Of a stretch of DNA of 64,000 bases, positions 35,094 through 43,502 are shown piece after piece; position 1 is the first letter of the stretch; each line of letters begins with the position of its first letter. The notes below the pieces were generated by a model. The model made no database searches. It was not told where the DNA came from and worked only from the letters and a program-made list of their open reading frames with translations. The position numbers and the translations under genes are program-made. Source of the DNA: Bacteroidales bacterium UBA1195 (GTDB lineage Bacteria; Bacteroidota; Bacteroidia; Bacteroidales; WCHB1-69); contig DBYD01000031.1 in assembly GCA_002309855.1 (NCBI GenBank), forward strand, positions 60,723 through 124,722, given 5' to 3'.

Positions 35094-36332
35094 ATGAAAC
35101 AGATTCTGATAACAGTTGTGCTGGTAATCTCAACAGTGTTTTCACTTTCCGCCCAACAGAACATAAAGAAAGTGGCAATTCTAGAAACCGTTGACAAGGA
35201 GGGCAGCGTGCCGTATGGAATACGCCTGCAGCTGCGTAGCAGCCTTACCTATGCCATTTCAAACACTCCCGGTTATGAAGGTTACGACCGTGTTGACATG
35301 TCTTCGATTATGGGTGAGCACAACTTCCAGCGTACCGGTATGGTGAGTGATGCGCAGATAAAAAAACTCGGTGAGATGACAGGAGCTAACTCCATTCTTG
35401 TGGCGGAGGCCGCAATGTACGATGCCAACCACATCATCATTACTGCGAAGATACTGAGTGTCGTGACTGCTGGAGTGGAGGCTGCCGCACCACCTAAGGT
35501 TTCAAGTATTGATCCGGAATCCATGGAAAAAGCTTGTATTGAATTGGCGAAGAAACTGCTTGGAAAAACCTCCGGTGATGGTTCTTATGCGGTAATGCCT
35601 GGTGGTGGGAACTCTTCCAACCAGCAGGGAGCTTCCATGATAACCATAAGGGCGGGCAATGTGAGTTTTGAGATGGTGAAGGTGGAGTCCGGAAGTTTTG
35701 TCATGGGCTGCACGGGCGAGCAGGGCGGAGACTGCGATGATGATGAGAAACCTTATCACCGCGTGACCATTTCCCAGGACTACTACATCGGGAAGTTTGA
35801 GGTGACGCAGGAGCTGTATGAGGCGGTGATGGGGGTGAACCCGAGCAACTGGAAGGCCTTCGACCGTCCTGTGGAAATCGTGAGCTGGAACGATGCGATG
35901 GAGTTTTGTGCCGAACTGAGCCGCATGACAGGACGTCGCTTCACCCTGCCCACGGAGGCGGAGTGGGAGTATGCCGCCCGTGGCGGCAGGAAGTCCACCA
36001 GCGCCAAATACAGTGGCAGTTCCAGTGTGACCAATGTGGCGTGGTACAATGGAAACAGTGGCAGCCAGACCCATCCGGTGGGTAAGCTCCGTCCCAACGA
36101 GCTGGGCATCTATGACATGAGCGGCAATGTGTGGGAGTGGTGTCTGGATTGGAAAGGAAGTTACAGTAGTGCGAGCCAGACCGACCCTATGGGACCCGGT
36201 TCGGGCTCCTACCGCGTGCTGCGCGGCGGTAGCTGTTACCAAAGCGCGGGGGGCTGCCGTGTTTCGCTCCGGAGCGACTTCCCCCCTGGTAACGCGCTCC
36301 AAAACATCGGATTCCGTGTTGTCCTCCATTAG
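35094..36332 (+). CDS. Lipoprotein paralogue F1: CsgG/LpoB-like N-domain + FGE-sulfatase (SUMF1, C-type-lectin fold) C-domain
   Basis: Signal peptide, then KKVAILETVD...GYEGYDRVDMSSIMGEHNFQRTGMVSDAQIKKLGEMTGANSILV. The FGE block follows: YYIGKFEVTQELY...VSWNDAMEFC...RFTLPTEAEWEYAARGG...GIYDMSGNVWEWC...RVLRGGS...GFRVVLH. Confidence 0.8.
   Translation: MKQILITVVLVISTVFSLSAQQNIKKVAILETVDKEGSVPYGIRLQLRSSLTYAISNTPGYEGYDRVDMSSIMGEHNFQRTGMVSDAQIKKLGEMTGANSILVAEAAMYDANHIIITAKILSVVTAGVEAAAPPKVSSIDPESMEKACIELAKKLLGKTSGDGSYAVMPGGGNSSNQQGASMITIRAGNVSFEMVKVESGSFVMGCTGEQGGDCDDDEKPYHRVTISQDYYIGKFEVTQELYEAVMGVNPSNWKAFDRPVEIVSWNDAMEFCAELSRMTGRRFTLPTEAEWEYAARGGRKSTSAKYSGSSSVTNVAWYNGNSGSQTHPVGKLRPNELGIYDMSGNVWEWCLDWKGSYSSASQTDPMGPGSGSYRVLRGGSCYQSAGGCRVSLRSDFPPGNALQNIGFRVVLH
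36210..36332 (+). other. VR-like hypervariable 3' block of F1 (most divergent copy)
   Basis: Last 41 codons, see the DGR finding. It keeps the conserved skeleton but has non-NNC deviations (TGT, CAA x2, GCG). Confidence 0.5.
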
Positions 36333-36489
36333 TTTGCTACGAAAAATCCATCAGTCATACTAAGCTAAAAAAACGGTTTATGATAGTGAAGCGGAGCGGG
36401 AGCGGAACGGAGTGCAGCGACAGGCGCAGCGGAAACATCATAAACCGCCGGTGGAAAATAAGAATTACAATCAAGCAAATAATAAAATT
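36333..36489 (+). repeat. Conserved intergenic unit, copy 1
   Basis: Post-stop element TTTGCTACGAAAAATCCATCAGTCATACTAA, then the stem CGGTTTATGAT (36374-36384) / ATCATAAACCG (36437-36447) around a 52-nt purine-rich loop. A 37-codon uORF (36380-36493) ends in a TGA that overlaps the F2 GTG start as GTGA. Confidence 0.8.
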
Positions 36490-37743
36490 GTGAAACGATT
36501 ATTGATTTTTTTATTCATGCTGTCTGTTTCAGTGGCTTCTATAGCTCAGAGCAAGCCTAAGAAGGTTGCCGTATGGGAGACCCAGCGCATTGGCGATGAT
36601 ATCTCGTTGTTCAAGGGTACATTGGTGCGCGGTGCCATTGAGGAGGCTGTAGATAATACTCCAGGTTATGTCAAATATGACAGGGCCATGTTCGATGCAA
36701 TTGTAGCTGAGCACAAATTCCAGCGTTCAGGTGCTGTTAAGGATGATGATATGAGGAAAATGGGTGAAATGGCCGGTGTGCAATATGTTATTGTTCCAGA
36801 ATGTGCTATTGAGGACGGGTATTTTGTGCTTAACGTAAGAATGCTTGATGTGGAGTCCGGACAATCGAAAACAGTGCAGGAGATTCCGGCCAATACTGTA
36901 CCTGAAATAAAGGCGGCCTGCACAAAGTTGTCTGCGCGTCTGTTTGGCAATTCGGGTGGTAGTTCTTATGTGCGTTCTGGCGGAGGTGGCAACACCACCA
37001 CGCAGCGCGGCCAGGATTTCACGGAGACAGCTTTCGGCATCAACATGCGGATGGTATATGTGGAGGGCGGCACCTTCACCATGGGCTGTACTGGCGAGCA
37101 GGGCAGCGATTGTGAAGATGACGAGTCTCCCAACCGGCAGACCACTGTCAGTTCATACTACATCGGTATGTTGGAGGTGACACAGAGCCAGTGGGAGAAG
37201 GTGATGGGAACTTCCATTTATCAGCAGCAGTCCAAAGCAGATGCTTCGAAAACCTATGGCACCGGTGCCGACTACCCGATGTATTATGTGAGTTGGGAGG
37301 AGGCGAAGGAGTTTTGCACCCGCCTAAGTCGTCAGACTGGAAGGAACTATACACTGCCCACCGAGGCGGAGTGGGAGTATGCCGCCCGTGGTGGGAAGAA
37401 AAACGAAGGGACGAAGTACAGTGGGGGCTGGAGTGTAGGTGATGTGGCGTGGTATGATGGAAACAGCGGCAGTTCCACGCATCCGTGTGGAACCAAGCGT
37501 CCAAATGCGCTTGGCATCTACGACATGAGCGGCAACGTATGGGAGTGGTGCGAGGACTGGTATGGCAGCAAATACCTGCAGTATGACAATAACAACCCCA
37601 AAGGTGCCAGTTCAGGCTCCTGCCGCGTGTTGCGCGGCGGTAGCTGGAGCTACGGCGCGAGGAACTGCCGTGTTTCGGATCGGATCAACAGCGCTCCTGG
37701 CAACCGGAACGACGACGACGGGTTTCGCGTTGTCCTCCATTAG
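36490..37743 (+). CDS. Lipoprotein paralogue F2: CsgG/LpoB-like N-domain + FGE-sulfatase C-domain
   Basis: GTG 36490 gives VKRLLIFLFMLSVSVASIAQ. The track start at 36412 lies in the intergenic repeat in another copy's frame. The FGE block is near-identical to F5 and F7. Confidence 0.75.
   Translation: MKRLLIFLFMLSVSVASIAQSKPKKVAVWETQRIGDDISLFKGTLVRGAIEEAVDNTPGYVKYDRAMFDAIVAEHKFQRSGAVKDDDMRKMGEMAGVQYVIVPECAIEDGYFVLNVRMLDVESGQSKTVQEIPANTVPEIKAACTKLSARLFGNSGGSSYVRSGGGGNTTTQRGQDFTETAFGINMRMVYVEGGTFTMGCTGEQGSDCEDDESPNRQTTVSSYYIGMLEVTQSQWEKVMGTSIYQQQSKADASKTYGTGADYPMYYVSWEEAKEFCTRLSRQTGRNYTLPTEAEWEYAARGGKKNEGTKYSGGWSVGDVAWYDGNSGSSTHPCGTKRPNALGIYDMSGNVWEWCEDWYGSKYLQYDNNNPKGASSGSCRVLRGGSWSYGARNCRVSDRINSAPGNRNDDDGFRVVLH
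37621..37743 (+). other. VR-like hypervariable 3' block of F2
   Basis: All 15 hypervariable codons are NNC or NNT (TGC, AGC, AGC, TAC, GGC, AAC, GAT, ATC, AAC, AGC, AAC, AAC, GAC, GAC, GAC). Confidence 0.7.
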
Positions 37744-37901
37744 TTTGCTACGAAAAAATCCATCACTCATACTAAGTTAAAAAACGGTTTATGATAATGA
37801 AGCGGAGCGGGAGCGGAACGGAGTGCAGCGACAGGCGCAGCGGAAACATCATAAACCGTCGGCGGAAAATAAGACTTACAATCAAGCAAAATAATAAAAT
37901 T
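37744..37901 (+). repeat. Conserved intergenic unit, copy 2
   Basis: Same architecture as copy 1, with a 12-bp stem. Here the upstream ATG frame reads in-frame into the next gene. Confidence 0.8.
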
Positions 37902-39170
37902 GTGAAACGATTATTGATTTTTGCGGCTTTGATAGTGTGTTCTCTAATCACTTTGGGGCAGAATGTAAAAAAGGTTGCTATGTTGGAAACTCTTAATGGG
38001 GATAAGAGTGTCGGAGATTTGGCATTTGAGCTGAACATGGTACGAGGTGAATTGATTAAAGCTATTTGCCTCCAATCAGGATATAGAGCATTTATGCGTA
38101 CTGATATTGATCAGCTAATGAAAGAGTATGGTTTTCAAAATTCAGGAATGGTGGCCGATGCTCAAAGAAAAAGAATCGGAGAAATGGCAGGTGCCGATTT
38201 TATTTGTGTTTCAAAACTTACAAAGAAACAATCCTTTTTTTATATTGAGGCATACTTGGTTGATATTGTTACTGGTGAATATTCCGTTCCTGCAACGCAA
38301 TATGTGACATTAAGAGGTAATGATTATGCCGAATTATTTGAAAAGTGTAAAACTCTGGCTCAAGAATTGTTGGGTAATGTTGGCCCTTCTGTTACTACGC
38401 CGCCCCGTACTCCTGTAATAACACCTTCCATACCGTCAACTCCTATAGCAGATGGAAACTACAATGTCAATAGAAACTATAATGGATTCTATATTTGCGG
38501 AAATCAGAGGACTGATTACTCTGATGTTGCGGACGCCTTAAAGGGATTGGCTGATGCAGTCAACAAATGGGGAGAACTTCGTACAGGTGCAATACTTGAA
38601 AACGGGAATGGTATAGTTATATATGGTGGTAATGGCTATAAATACATGGGTTTTTCTGCTGATTTTAGTGCAACTTTTTTGGAAAAGTTAAAAAAATGCC
38701 ACGATGAAAAGGAAATCATTAAAGACATTACTGTTAATTCGAAAGGTCATTATGTCATTATTTATGGGAATGATTACTACCGCACCGATGGATTACCAGA
38801 ATCTTTCTTGAAAAAAATAAAAAAAAGCAGTGATGACGATGAAGATGTTATTTATTCTGTTTCCATAGACAATTCTGACAATTGGGCGTTTGTTTCGAAG
38901 AAGTTTTTCTGTGCTTCAAATAATGATGACTATGAATTTATGCGAGAGGCTAAAAATAAGTTTGGTCATATTGAGTCGGTATGTATTACACTTAAGGGAA
39001 TTGTTGTATGTTGCGAAAAAGGAGTATATTTTAGGGGGATACCAAAGAAAGTTGTTGATAAGTTGATAGAGTTTATGGATAAAGGTAAAATCCCCAAAGT
39101 AATTAAGTATACTGATAGTGGAACATGTTTTATTACTGATGGAGAAAAAACGTATGTTTTTTATATGTAA
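37902..39170 (+). CDS. Lipoprotein paralogue F3': CsgG/LpoB-like N-domain + unrelated AT-rich repeat C-domain (no FGE domain)
   Basis: GTG 37902 gives VKRLLIFAALIVCSLITLGQ. The N-domain is homologous to the other paralogues. The C-half has about 5 internal repeats (GIVIYGGNGYKYMG / HYVIIYGNDYYRTDG / NWAFVSKKFFCAS / GIVVCCEKGVYFRG / TCFITDGEKTYVFYM). Confidence 0.7.
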   Translation: MKRLLIFAALIVCSLITLGQNVKKVAMLETLNGDKSVGDLAFELNMVRGELIKAICLQSGYRAFMRTDIDQLMKEYGFQNSGMVADAQRKRIGEMAGADFICVSKLTKKQSFFYIEAYLVDIVTGEYSVPATQYVTLRGNDYAELFEKCKTLAQELLGNVGPSVTTPPRTPVITPSIPSTPIADGNYNVNRNYNGFYICGNQRTDYSDVADALKGLADAVNKWGELRTGAILENGNGIVIYGGNGYKYMGFSADFSATFLEKLKKCHDEKEIIKDITVNSKGHYVIIYGNDYYRTDGLPESFLKKIKKSSDDDEDVIYSVSIDNSDNWAFVSKKFFCASNNDDYEFMREAKNKFGHIESVCITLKGIVVCCEKGVYFRGIPKKVVDKLIEFMDKGKIPKVIKYTDSGTCFITDGEKTYVFYM

Positions 39171-39174
39171 AAAT

Positions 39175-40407
39175 ATGAAAAAATTACTGATTCTTGCAAC
39201 CTTGCTGACACTCTCCTTATGTGCCATGGCTCAGAGCAAGCCTAAAAAGGTTGCTGTATGGGATGCCAAGTGCATTGGAACAGATGACCTGTTGTTCGAG
39301 GCCGATGTGGTTCAAGGTAGCTTGGAAGAGGCTGTGGACAATATGTCCGGTTATGTCAAATACGACAGGGCAATGTTTGATAAAGTCATGAAGGAACACA
39401 ATTTTGAGCGTTCTGGAGCTGTAAATGACAATCAAATCAAGGAAATGGGTGAATATGCGGGTGTGGATTATATCTTTGTGCCTTCTGTGTCCTCAAAATC
39501 TGGATATATTAACATTGTGGTGCGGTGTATTGACATTAAAACAGGTGAGTCTGTGACAAGGCAGCAACTATCCTCGGCTGAACCACCTGAAATTCAAAAG
39601 GCGTGTGTCAAGATTGCTGAACGGATGCTTGGTGGTAATTCCGGTTCTGACCGCATATACACACAGCCCCGTCCTGGTGGCGGAAACTTTTCCAGCCAGC
39701 AGGGAGCTTCCACGATAACCATAAGGGTTGGCAATGTGAGTTTTGACATGGTGAAGGTGGAGGCGGGCAGCTTTATCATGGGTTGCACGGGCGAGCAGGG
39801 TGGAGAGTGCTATTATGACGAGAGCCCTTATCACCGCGTGACCATTTCCCAGGACTACTACATCGGAAAGTTTGAGGTGACGCAGGAACTGTATGAGGCG
39901 GTGATGGGGGTGAACCCGAGCAACTGGAAGGCATTCGACCGTCCTGTGGAAAGGGTGAGCTGGAACGATGCGATGGAGTTTTGTGCCGAGCTGAGCCGCA
40001 TGACAGGCCGCCGCTTCACCCTGCCGACTGAGGCGGAGTGGGAGTATGCCGCCCGTGGCGGCAGAAAGTCCACCAATGCCAAATACAGCGGCAGTGCCAG
40101 TGTGTCCAATGTGGCGTGGTATGATGGGAACAGCGGCAACCAGACCCATCCGGTGGGTAAGCTCCGTCCCAACGAGCTGGGCATCTACGACATGAGCGGC
40201 AATGTATTTGAATGGTGTCTGGACTGGTACGGAAGCTACAGCAGTGCGAGCCAGACCGACCCTATGGGACCCGGTTCGGGCTCCAGCCGCGTGTTGCGTG
40301 GCGGTGGCTGGGGCTACGGCGCGAGGTACTGCCGTGTTTCGAATCGGAACGGCAGCGCTCCTGGCTACCGGTACGGCTACAACGGGTTTCGCGTTGTCCT
40401 CCATTAG
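39175..40407 (+). CDS. Lipoprotein paralogue F4: CsgG/LpoB-like N-domain + FGE-sulfatase C-domain
   Basis: ATG 39175 lies 4 nt after the F3' stop and gives MKKLLILATLLTLSLCAMAQ. The FGE block is about 90% identical in DNA to F1 (by eye). Confidence 0.8.
   Translation: MKKLLILATLLTLSLCAMAQSKPKKVAVWDAKCIGTDDLLFEADVVQGSLEEAVDNMSGYVKYDRAMFDKVMKEHNFERSGAVNDNQIKEMGEYAGVDYIFVPSVSSKSGYINIVVRCIDIKTGESVTRQQLSSAEPPEIQKACVKIAERMLGGNSGSDRIYTQPRPGGGNFSSQQGASTITIRVGNVSFDMVKVEAGSFIMGCTGEQGGECYYDESPYHRVTISQDYYIGKFEVTQELYEAVMGVNPSNWKAFDRPVERVSWNDAMEFCAELSRMTGRRFTLPTEAEWEYAARGGRKSTNAKYSGSASVSNVAWYDGNSGNQTHPVGKLRPNELGIYDMSGNVFEWCLDWYGSYSSASQTDPMGPGSGSSRVLRGGGWGYGARYCRVSNRNGSAPGYRYGYNGFRVVLH
40285..40407 (+). 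other. VR-like hypervariable 3' block of F4
   Basis: Hypervariable codons are AGC, GGC, GGC, TAC, GGC, TAC, AAT, AAC, GGC, AGC, TAC, TAC, GGC, TAC, AAC. Confidence 0.7.
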
Positions 40408-40571
40408 TTTGCTACGAAAAAATCCATCAGTCATACTAAGCTAAAAAAACGGTTTATGATAGTGAAGCGGAGTGGGAGCGGAATGGAGTGCAGCGACAGG
40501 CGCAGCGGAAACATCATTAACCGCCAGGGAAGAAACATTAAAAAGAAAGATAGTAAAAGGAATATAGTGTC
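40408..40571 (+). repeat. Conserved intergenic unit, copy 3
   Basis: Same element and stem, with one stem mismatch. The 39-codon uORF (40456-40575) ends in a TGA that overlaps the F5 ATG as ATGA. Confidence 0.8.
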
Positions 40572-41828
40572 ATGAAGTTAAAACAAATCGTATTCATCCT
40601 GTTGTATGTGTTCTCACTTACAGCGGTGGGTCAGACGAAGAAAGTAGCTGTGTGGGAGACCAAATGCAGTGACAACAGCCTACGACCAATCCAGAAAACA
40701 ATGGTGCGTGGAGGAATGGAGACCTCTGTGGGGAATACACCGGGTTACGAGGTGTTTGACCGTAGTGCGTTTGATGTCATAATGAAGGAACACCATTTTG
40801 AGCGTTCTGGTGCGGTGAGTGAGGCGGAAATAAAGGAATTGGGTAAAATAGCTGGAGTACAGTACATAATAGTGCCGGAGGCAATGACTGATGGCACAGA
40901 TTTCTATATCATTGTGAAGATGCTTGATGTTGAGACGGGCAAGTTCGGAGGTGTTCATCAGGCATTGTGTACTCCTACAGGGTCGGATATCTATAAAGCA
41001 TGCGAAAAATTAGGTGCTGAACTTTTTGGCAGTTCTTACGGTGGTTCAAATACTAATGGCAATCGTTCCAATGGCAACGCCACCACGCAGCGCGGCCAGA
41101 ACTTCACGGAGACAGCCTTCGGCATCAACATGCGGATGGTATATGTGGAGGGCGGCACCTTCACCATGGGCTGTACTGGCGAGCAGGGCAGCGATTGTGA
41201 CGATGACGAGTCTCCCAACCGGCAGACCACTGTCAGTTCATACTACATCGGTATGTTGGAGGTGACACAGAGCCAGTGGGAGAAGGTGATGGGAACTTCC
41301 GTCTATCAGCAGCGGAACAAAGCCAATCCGGAATGGACGATGCGTGGCATCGGTGCCGACTACCCGATGTACTATGTGAGCTGGGAGGAGGCGAAGGAAT
41401 TTTGCGCCCGCCTGAGCCGTCAGACAGGAAGGAACTACACTCTACCGACCGAGGCGGAATGGGAATATGCCGCCCGTGGCGGGAAGAAAAACGAAGGGAC
41501 GAAGTACAGCGGGGGCTGGAGTGCCGATGATGTGGCGTGGTATGATGGCAACAGCGGCAATTCCACGCATCCGTGCGGCACCAAGCGTCCGAACGCGCTT
41601 GGCATCTACGACATGAGCGGCAATGTGTGGGAGTGGTGCGAGGACTGGTATGGCAAGTATTTGCAGTATGACAACAACAATCCCAAAGGTGCCAATGTCG
41701 GCTCCGGCCGCGTGTCGCGTGGCGGTGGCTGGAACAACTGCGCAGGGTACTGCCGTGTTTCGTATCGGAACGGCAGCACTCCTGGCAGCAGGTACGGCAA
41801 CCTCGGGTTTCGCGTTGTCCTCCATTAG
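40572..41828 (+). CDS. Lipoprotein paralogue F5: CsgG/LpoB-like N-domain + FGE-sulfatase C-domain
   Basis: Signal MKLKQIVFILLYVFSLTAVGQ. The N-terminal ~207 aa differ from F6 at only 7 positions. The FGE block is of the F2/F7 type. Confidence 0.8.
   Translation: MKLKQIVFILLYVFSLTAVGQTKKVAVWETKCSDNSLRPIQKTMVRGGMETSVGNTPGYEVFDRSAFDVIMKEHHFERSGAVSEAEIKELGKIAGVQYIIVPEAMTDGTDFYIIVKMLDVETGKFGGVHQALCTPTGSDIYKACEKLGAELFGSSYGGSNTNGNRSNGNATTQRGQNFTETAFGINMRMVYVEGGTFTMGCTGEQGSDCDDDESPNRQTTVSSYYIGMLEVTQSQWEKVMGTSVYQQRNKANPEWTMRGIGADYPMYYVSWEEAKEFCARLSRQTGRNYTLPTEAEWEYAARGGKKNEGTKYSGGWSADDVAWYDGNSGNSTHPCGTKRPNALGIYDMSGNVWEWCEDWYGKYLQYDNNNPKGANVGSGRVSRGGGWNNCAGYCRVSYRNGSTPGSRYGNLGFRVVLH
41706..41828 (+). 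other. VR-like hypervariable 3' block of F5
   Basis: Hypervariable codons are GGC, GGC, AAC, AAC, TGC, TAC, TAT, AAC, GGC, AGC, AGC, TAC, GGC, AAC, CTC. Confidence 0.7.
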
Positions 41829-41992
41829 TTTGCTACGAAAAAATCCATTAGTCATACTAAGCTAAAAAAACGGTTTATGATAGTGAAGCGGAGCGGGAGC
41901 GGAATGGAGTGCAGCGACAGGCGCAGCGGAATCATCATAAACCGCCGGTGGAAGAAATATTAAAAGAAAGATAGTAAAAGGAATATAGTGTC
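41829..41992 (+). repeat. Conserved intergenic unit, copy 4
   Basis: Same element and 11-bp stem. The uORF (41877-41963, 28 codons) stops 30 nt before the F6 ATG. Confidence 0.8.
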
Positions 41993-43345
41993 ATGAATTT
42001 AAAACAAATCGTATTTATCCTTTTGTCAGTGTTCTCACTGACAGCGGTGGGTCAGACGAAGAAAGTTGCCGTGTGGGAGACCAAATGCAGTGACAACAGC
42101 CTACGACCAATCCAGAAAACAATGGTGCGTGGAGGAATGGAGACCTCTGTGGGGAACACACCGGGTTACGAGGTGTTTGACCGTAGTGCGTTTGATGTCA
42201 TAATGAAGGAACACCATTTTGAGCGTTCTGGTGCGGTGAGTGAGGCAGAAATAAAGGAACTTGGTAAAATAGCTGGAGTCCAGTATATAATAGTGCCGGA
42301 GGCAATGACTGATGGTACAGATTTCTATATCATTGTGAAGATGCTTGATGTAGAGACGGGCAAGTTCGGAGGTGTCCATCAGGCATTGTGTACTCCTACA
42401 GGGTCGGATATCTATAAAGCCTGCGAAAAATTAGGTGCTGAACTTTTTGGCAGTTCTTACGGCGTTTCAAATTCTAATGGCAACCGTTCTAATGGCAACG
42501 CCACCACGCAGCGCGGCCAGGACTTCACGGAGACGGCCTTCGGCATCAACATGAAAATGATATATGTTGAGGGCGGCACCTTCACCATGGGCTGCACCGG
42601 CGAGCAGGGCAGCGATTGCTATGATGGCGAGAAACCTGTCCATATGGTAACGCTTTCCAATTATTATATTGGTGAGACGGAGGTGACTGTAAGACAATTC
42701 ATGAAATTCATAACTGAGACAGGGTATCGCACCGATGCTGAAAAGGATGGTGGTGCATGGAGATGGATAAAGGTTGGTGATGAATGGAAATGGAATTATG
42801 TGAACGGATTGAATTGGATGTATGATGCCAATGGGAATGTCAGGAACAGTTCTGAATATGACCATCCTGTGTTGTATGTAAGTTGGAATGATGCCAATGA
42901 GTTCTGCAAATGGTTGAGACAAAAGACCGGAAAAAGTTATCGCCTGCCCACGGAGGCGGAGTGGGAGTATGCGGCACGTGGAGGTAGAAGAAGCAAAGGC
43001 TATAAATTTAGTGGCAGTAACAGTATAAATGATGTGGCGTGGTATGGGAATTTGAATAGTAGTACAACGGCAAATGGGAAAACGCATTCTGTCGGTACAA
43101 AAACTGCCAACGAACTGGGCATCTACGACATGAGCGGCAACGTGTGGGAATGGTGTCAGGATTGGTACGGAAGTTACAGCAGTGCGAGCCAGACCGACCC
43201 TATGGGACCTGCAGCAGGCTCCTACCGCGTGCTGCGCGGCGGTAGCTGGATCTGCATCGCGGGGGACTGCCGTGTTTCGTACCGGAACCGCACCAACCCT
43301 GGTAACCGGATCGACTGCTACGGATTCCGTGTTGTCCTCCATTAG
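41993..43345 (+). CDS. Lipoprotein paralogue F6: CsgG/LpoB-like N-domain + longer, more canonical FGE-sulfatase C-domain
   Basis: The N-half is almost identical to F5. From ~42615 the FGE domain switches to another subtype (KPVHMVTLSNYYIGETEVTVRQF...HPVLYVSWNDANEFCKWL...YRLPTEAEWEYAARGG). Confidence 0.8.
   Translation: MNLKQIVFILLSVFSLTAVGQTKKVAVWETKCSDNSLRPIQKTMVRGGMETSVGNTPGYEVFDRSAFDVIMKEHHFERSGAVSEAEIKELGKIAGVQYIIVPEAMTDGTDFYIIVKMLDVETGKFGGVHQALCTPTGSDIYKACEKLGAELFGSSYGVSNSNGNRSNGNATTQRGQDFTETAFGINMKMIYVEGGTFTMGCTGEQGSDCYDGEKPVHMVTLSNYYIGETEVTVRQFMKFITETGYRTDAEKDGGAWRWIKVGDEWKWNYVNGLNWMYDANGNVRNSSEYDHPVLYVSWNDANEFCKWLRQKTGKSYRLPTEAEWEYAARGGRRSKGYKFSGSNSINDVAWYGNLNSSTTANGKTHSVGTKTANELGIYDMSGNVWEWCQDWYGSYSSASQTDPMGPAAGSYRVLRGGSWICIAGDCRVSYRNRTNPGNRIDCYGFRVVLH
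43223..43345 (+). other. VR-like hypervariable 3' block of F6
   Basis: Hypervariable codons are TAC, AGC, ATC, TGC, ATC, GAC, TAC, AAC, CGC, ACC, AAC, ATC, GAC, TGC, TAC. Confidence 0.7.
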
Positions 43346-43502
43346 TTTGCTACGAAAAAATCCATCATTCATACTAAGCTAAAAAAAACGGTTTATGATA
43401 GTGAAGCGGAGCGGGAGCGGAACGGAGTGCAGCGACAGGCGCAGCGGAAACATCATAAACCGCCGAGGAAGAATAAGACTTACAATCAAGCAAAATAATA
43501 AA
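43346..43502 (+). repeat. Conserved intergenic unit, copy 5
   Basis: Same element and stem. The upstream ATG frame reads in-frame into F7. Confidence 0.8.

Noticed and set aside
36374-36447. The intergenic stem as a rho-independent terminator
   Set aside because: The loop is 52 nt and no T-tract follows the 3' arm. The A/T-rich 11-bp stem with an embedded ATG fits a regulatory or recognition structure better.
37791-37901. N-terminal extension MI(V/M)KRSGSGTECSDRRSGNIINRR... as a genuine part of the lipoproteins (track ORFs 37791 and 43395, and 36412 in another frame)
   Set aside because: The extension is in-frame with the downstream gene in only 2 of 5 copies. It lies upstream of a normal signal peptide, and it corresponds to the conserved intergenic repeat. 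It is treated as a possible uORF, not as part of the mature coding sequence.
36333-43502. CRISPR-like array, because a conserved repeat recurs five times
   Set aside because: The repeats are about 160 nt long and 1.25-1.4 kb apart. They are separated by full-length paralogous genes, not by short unique spacers. There are no cas genes.
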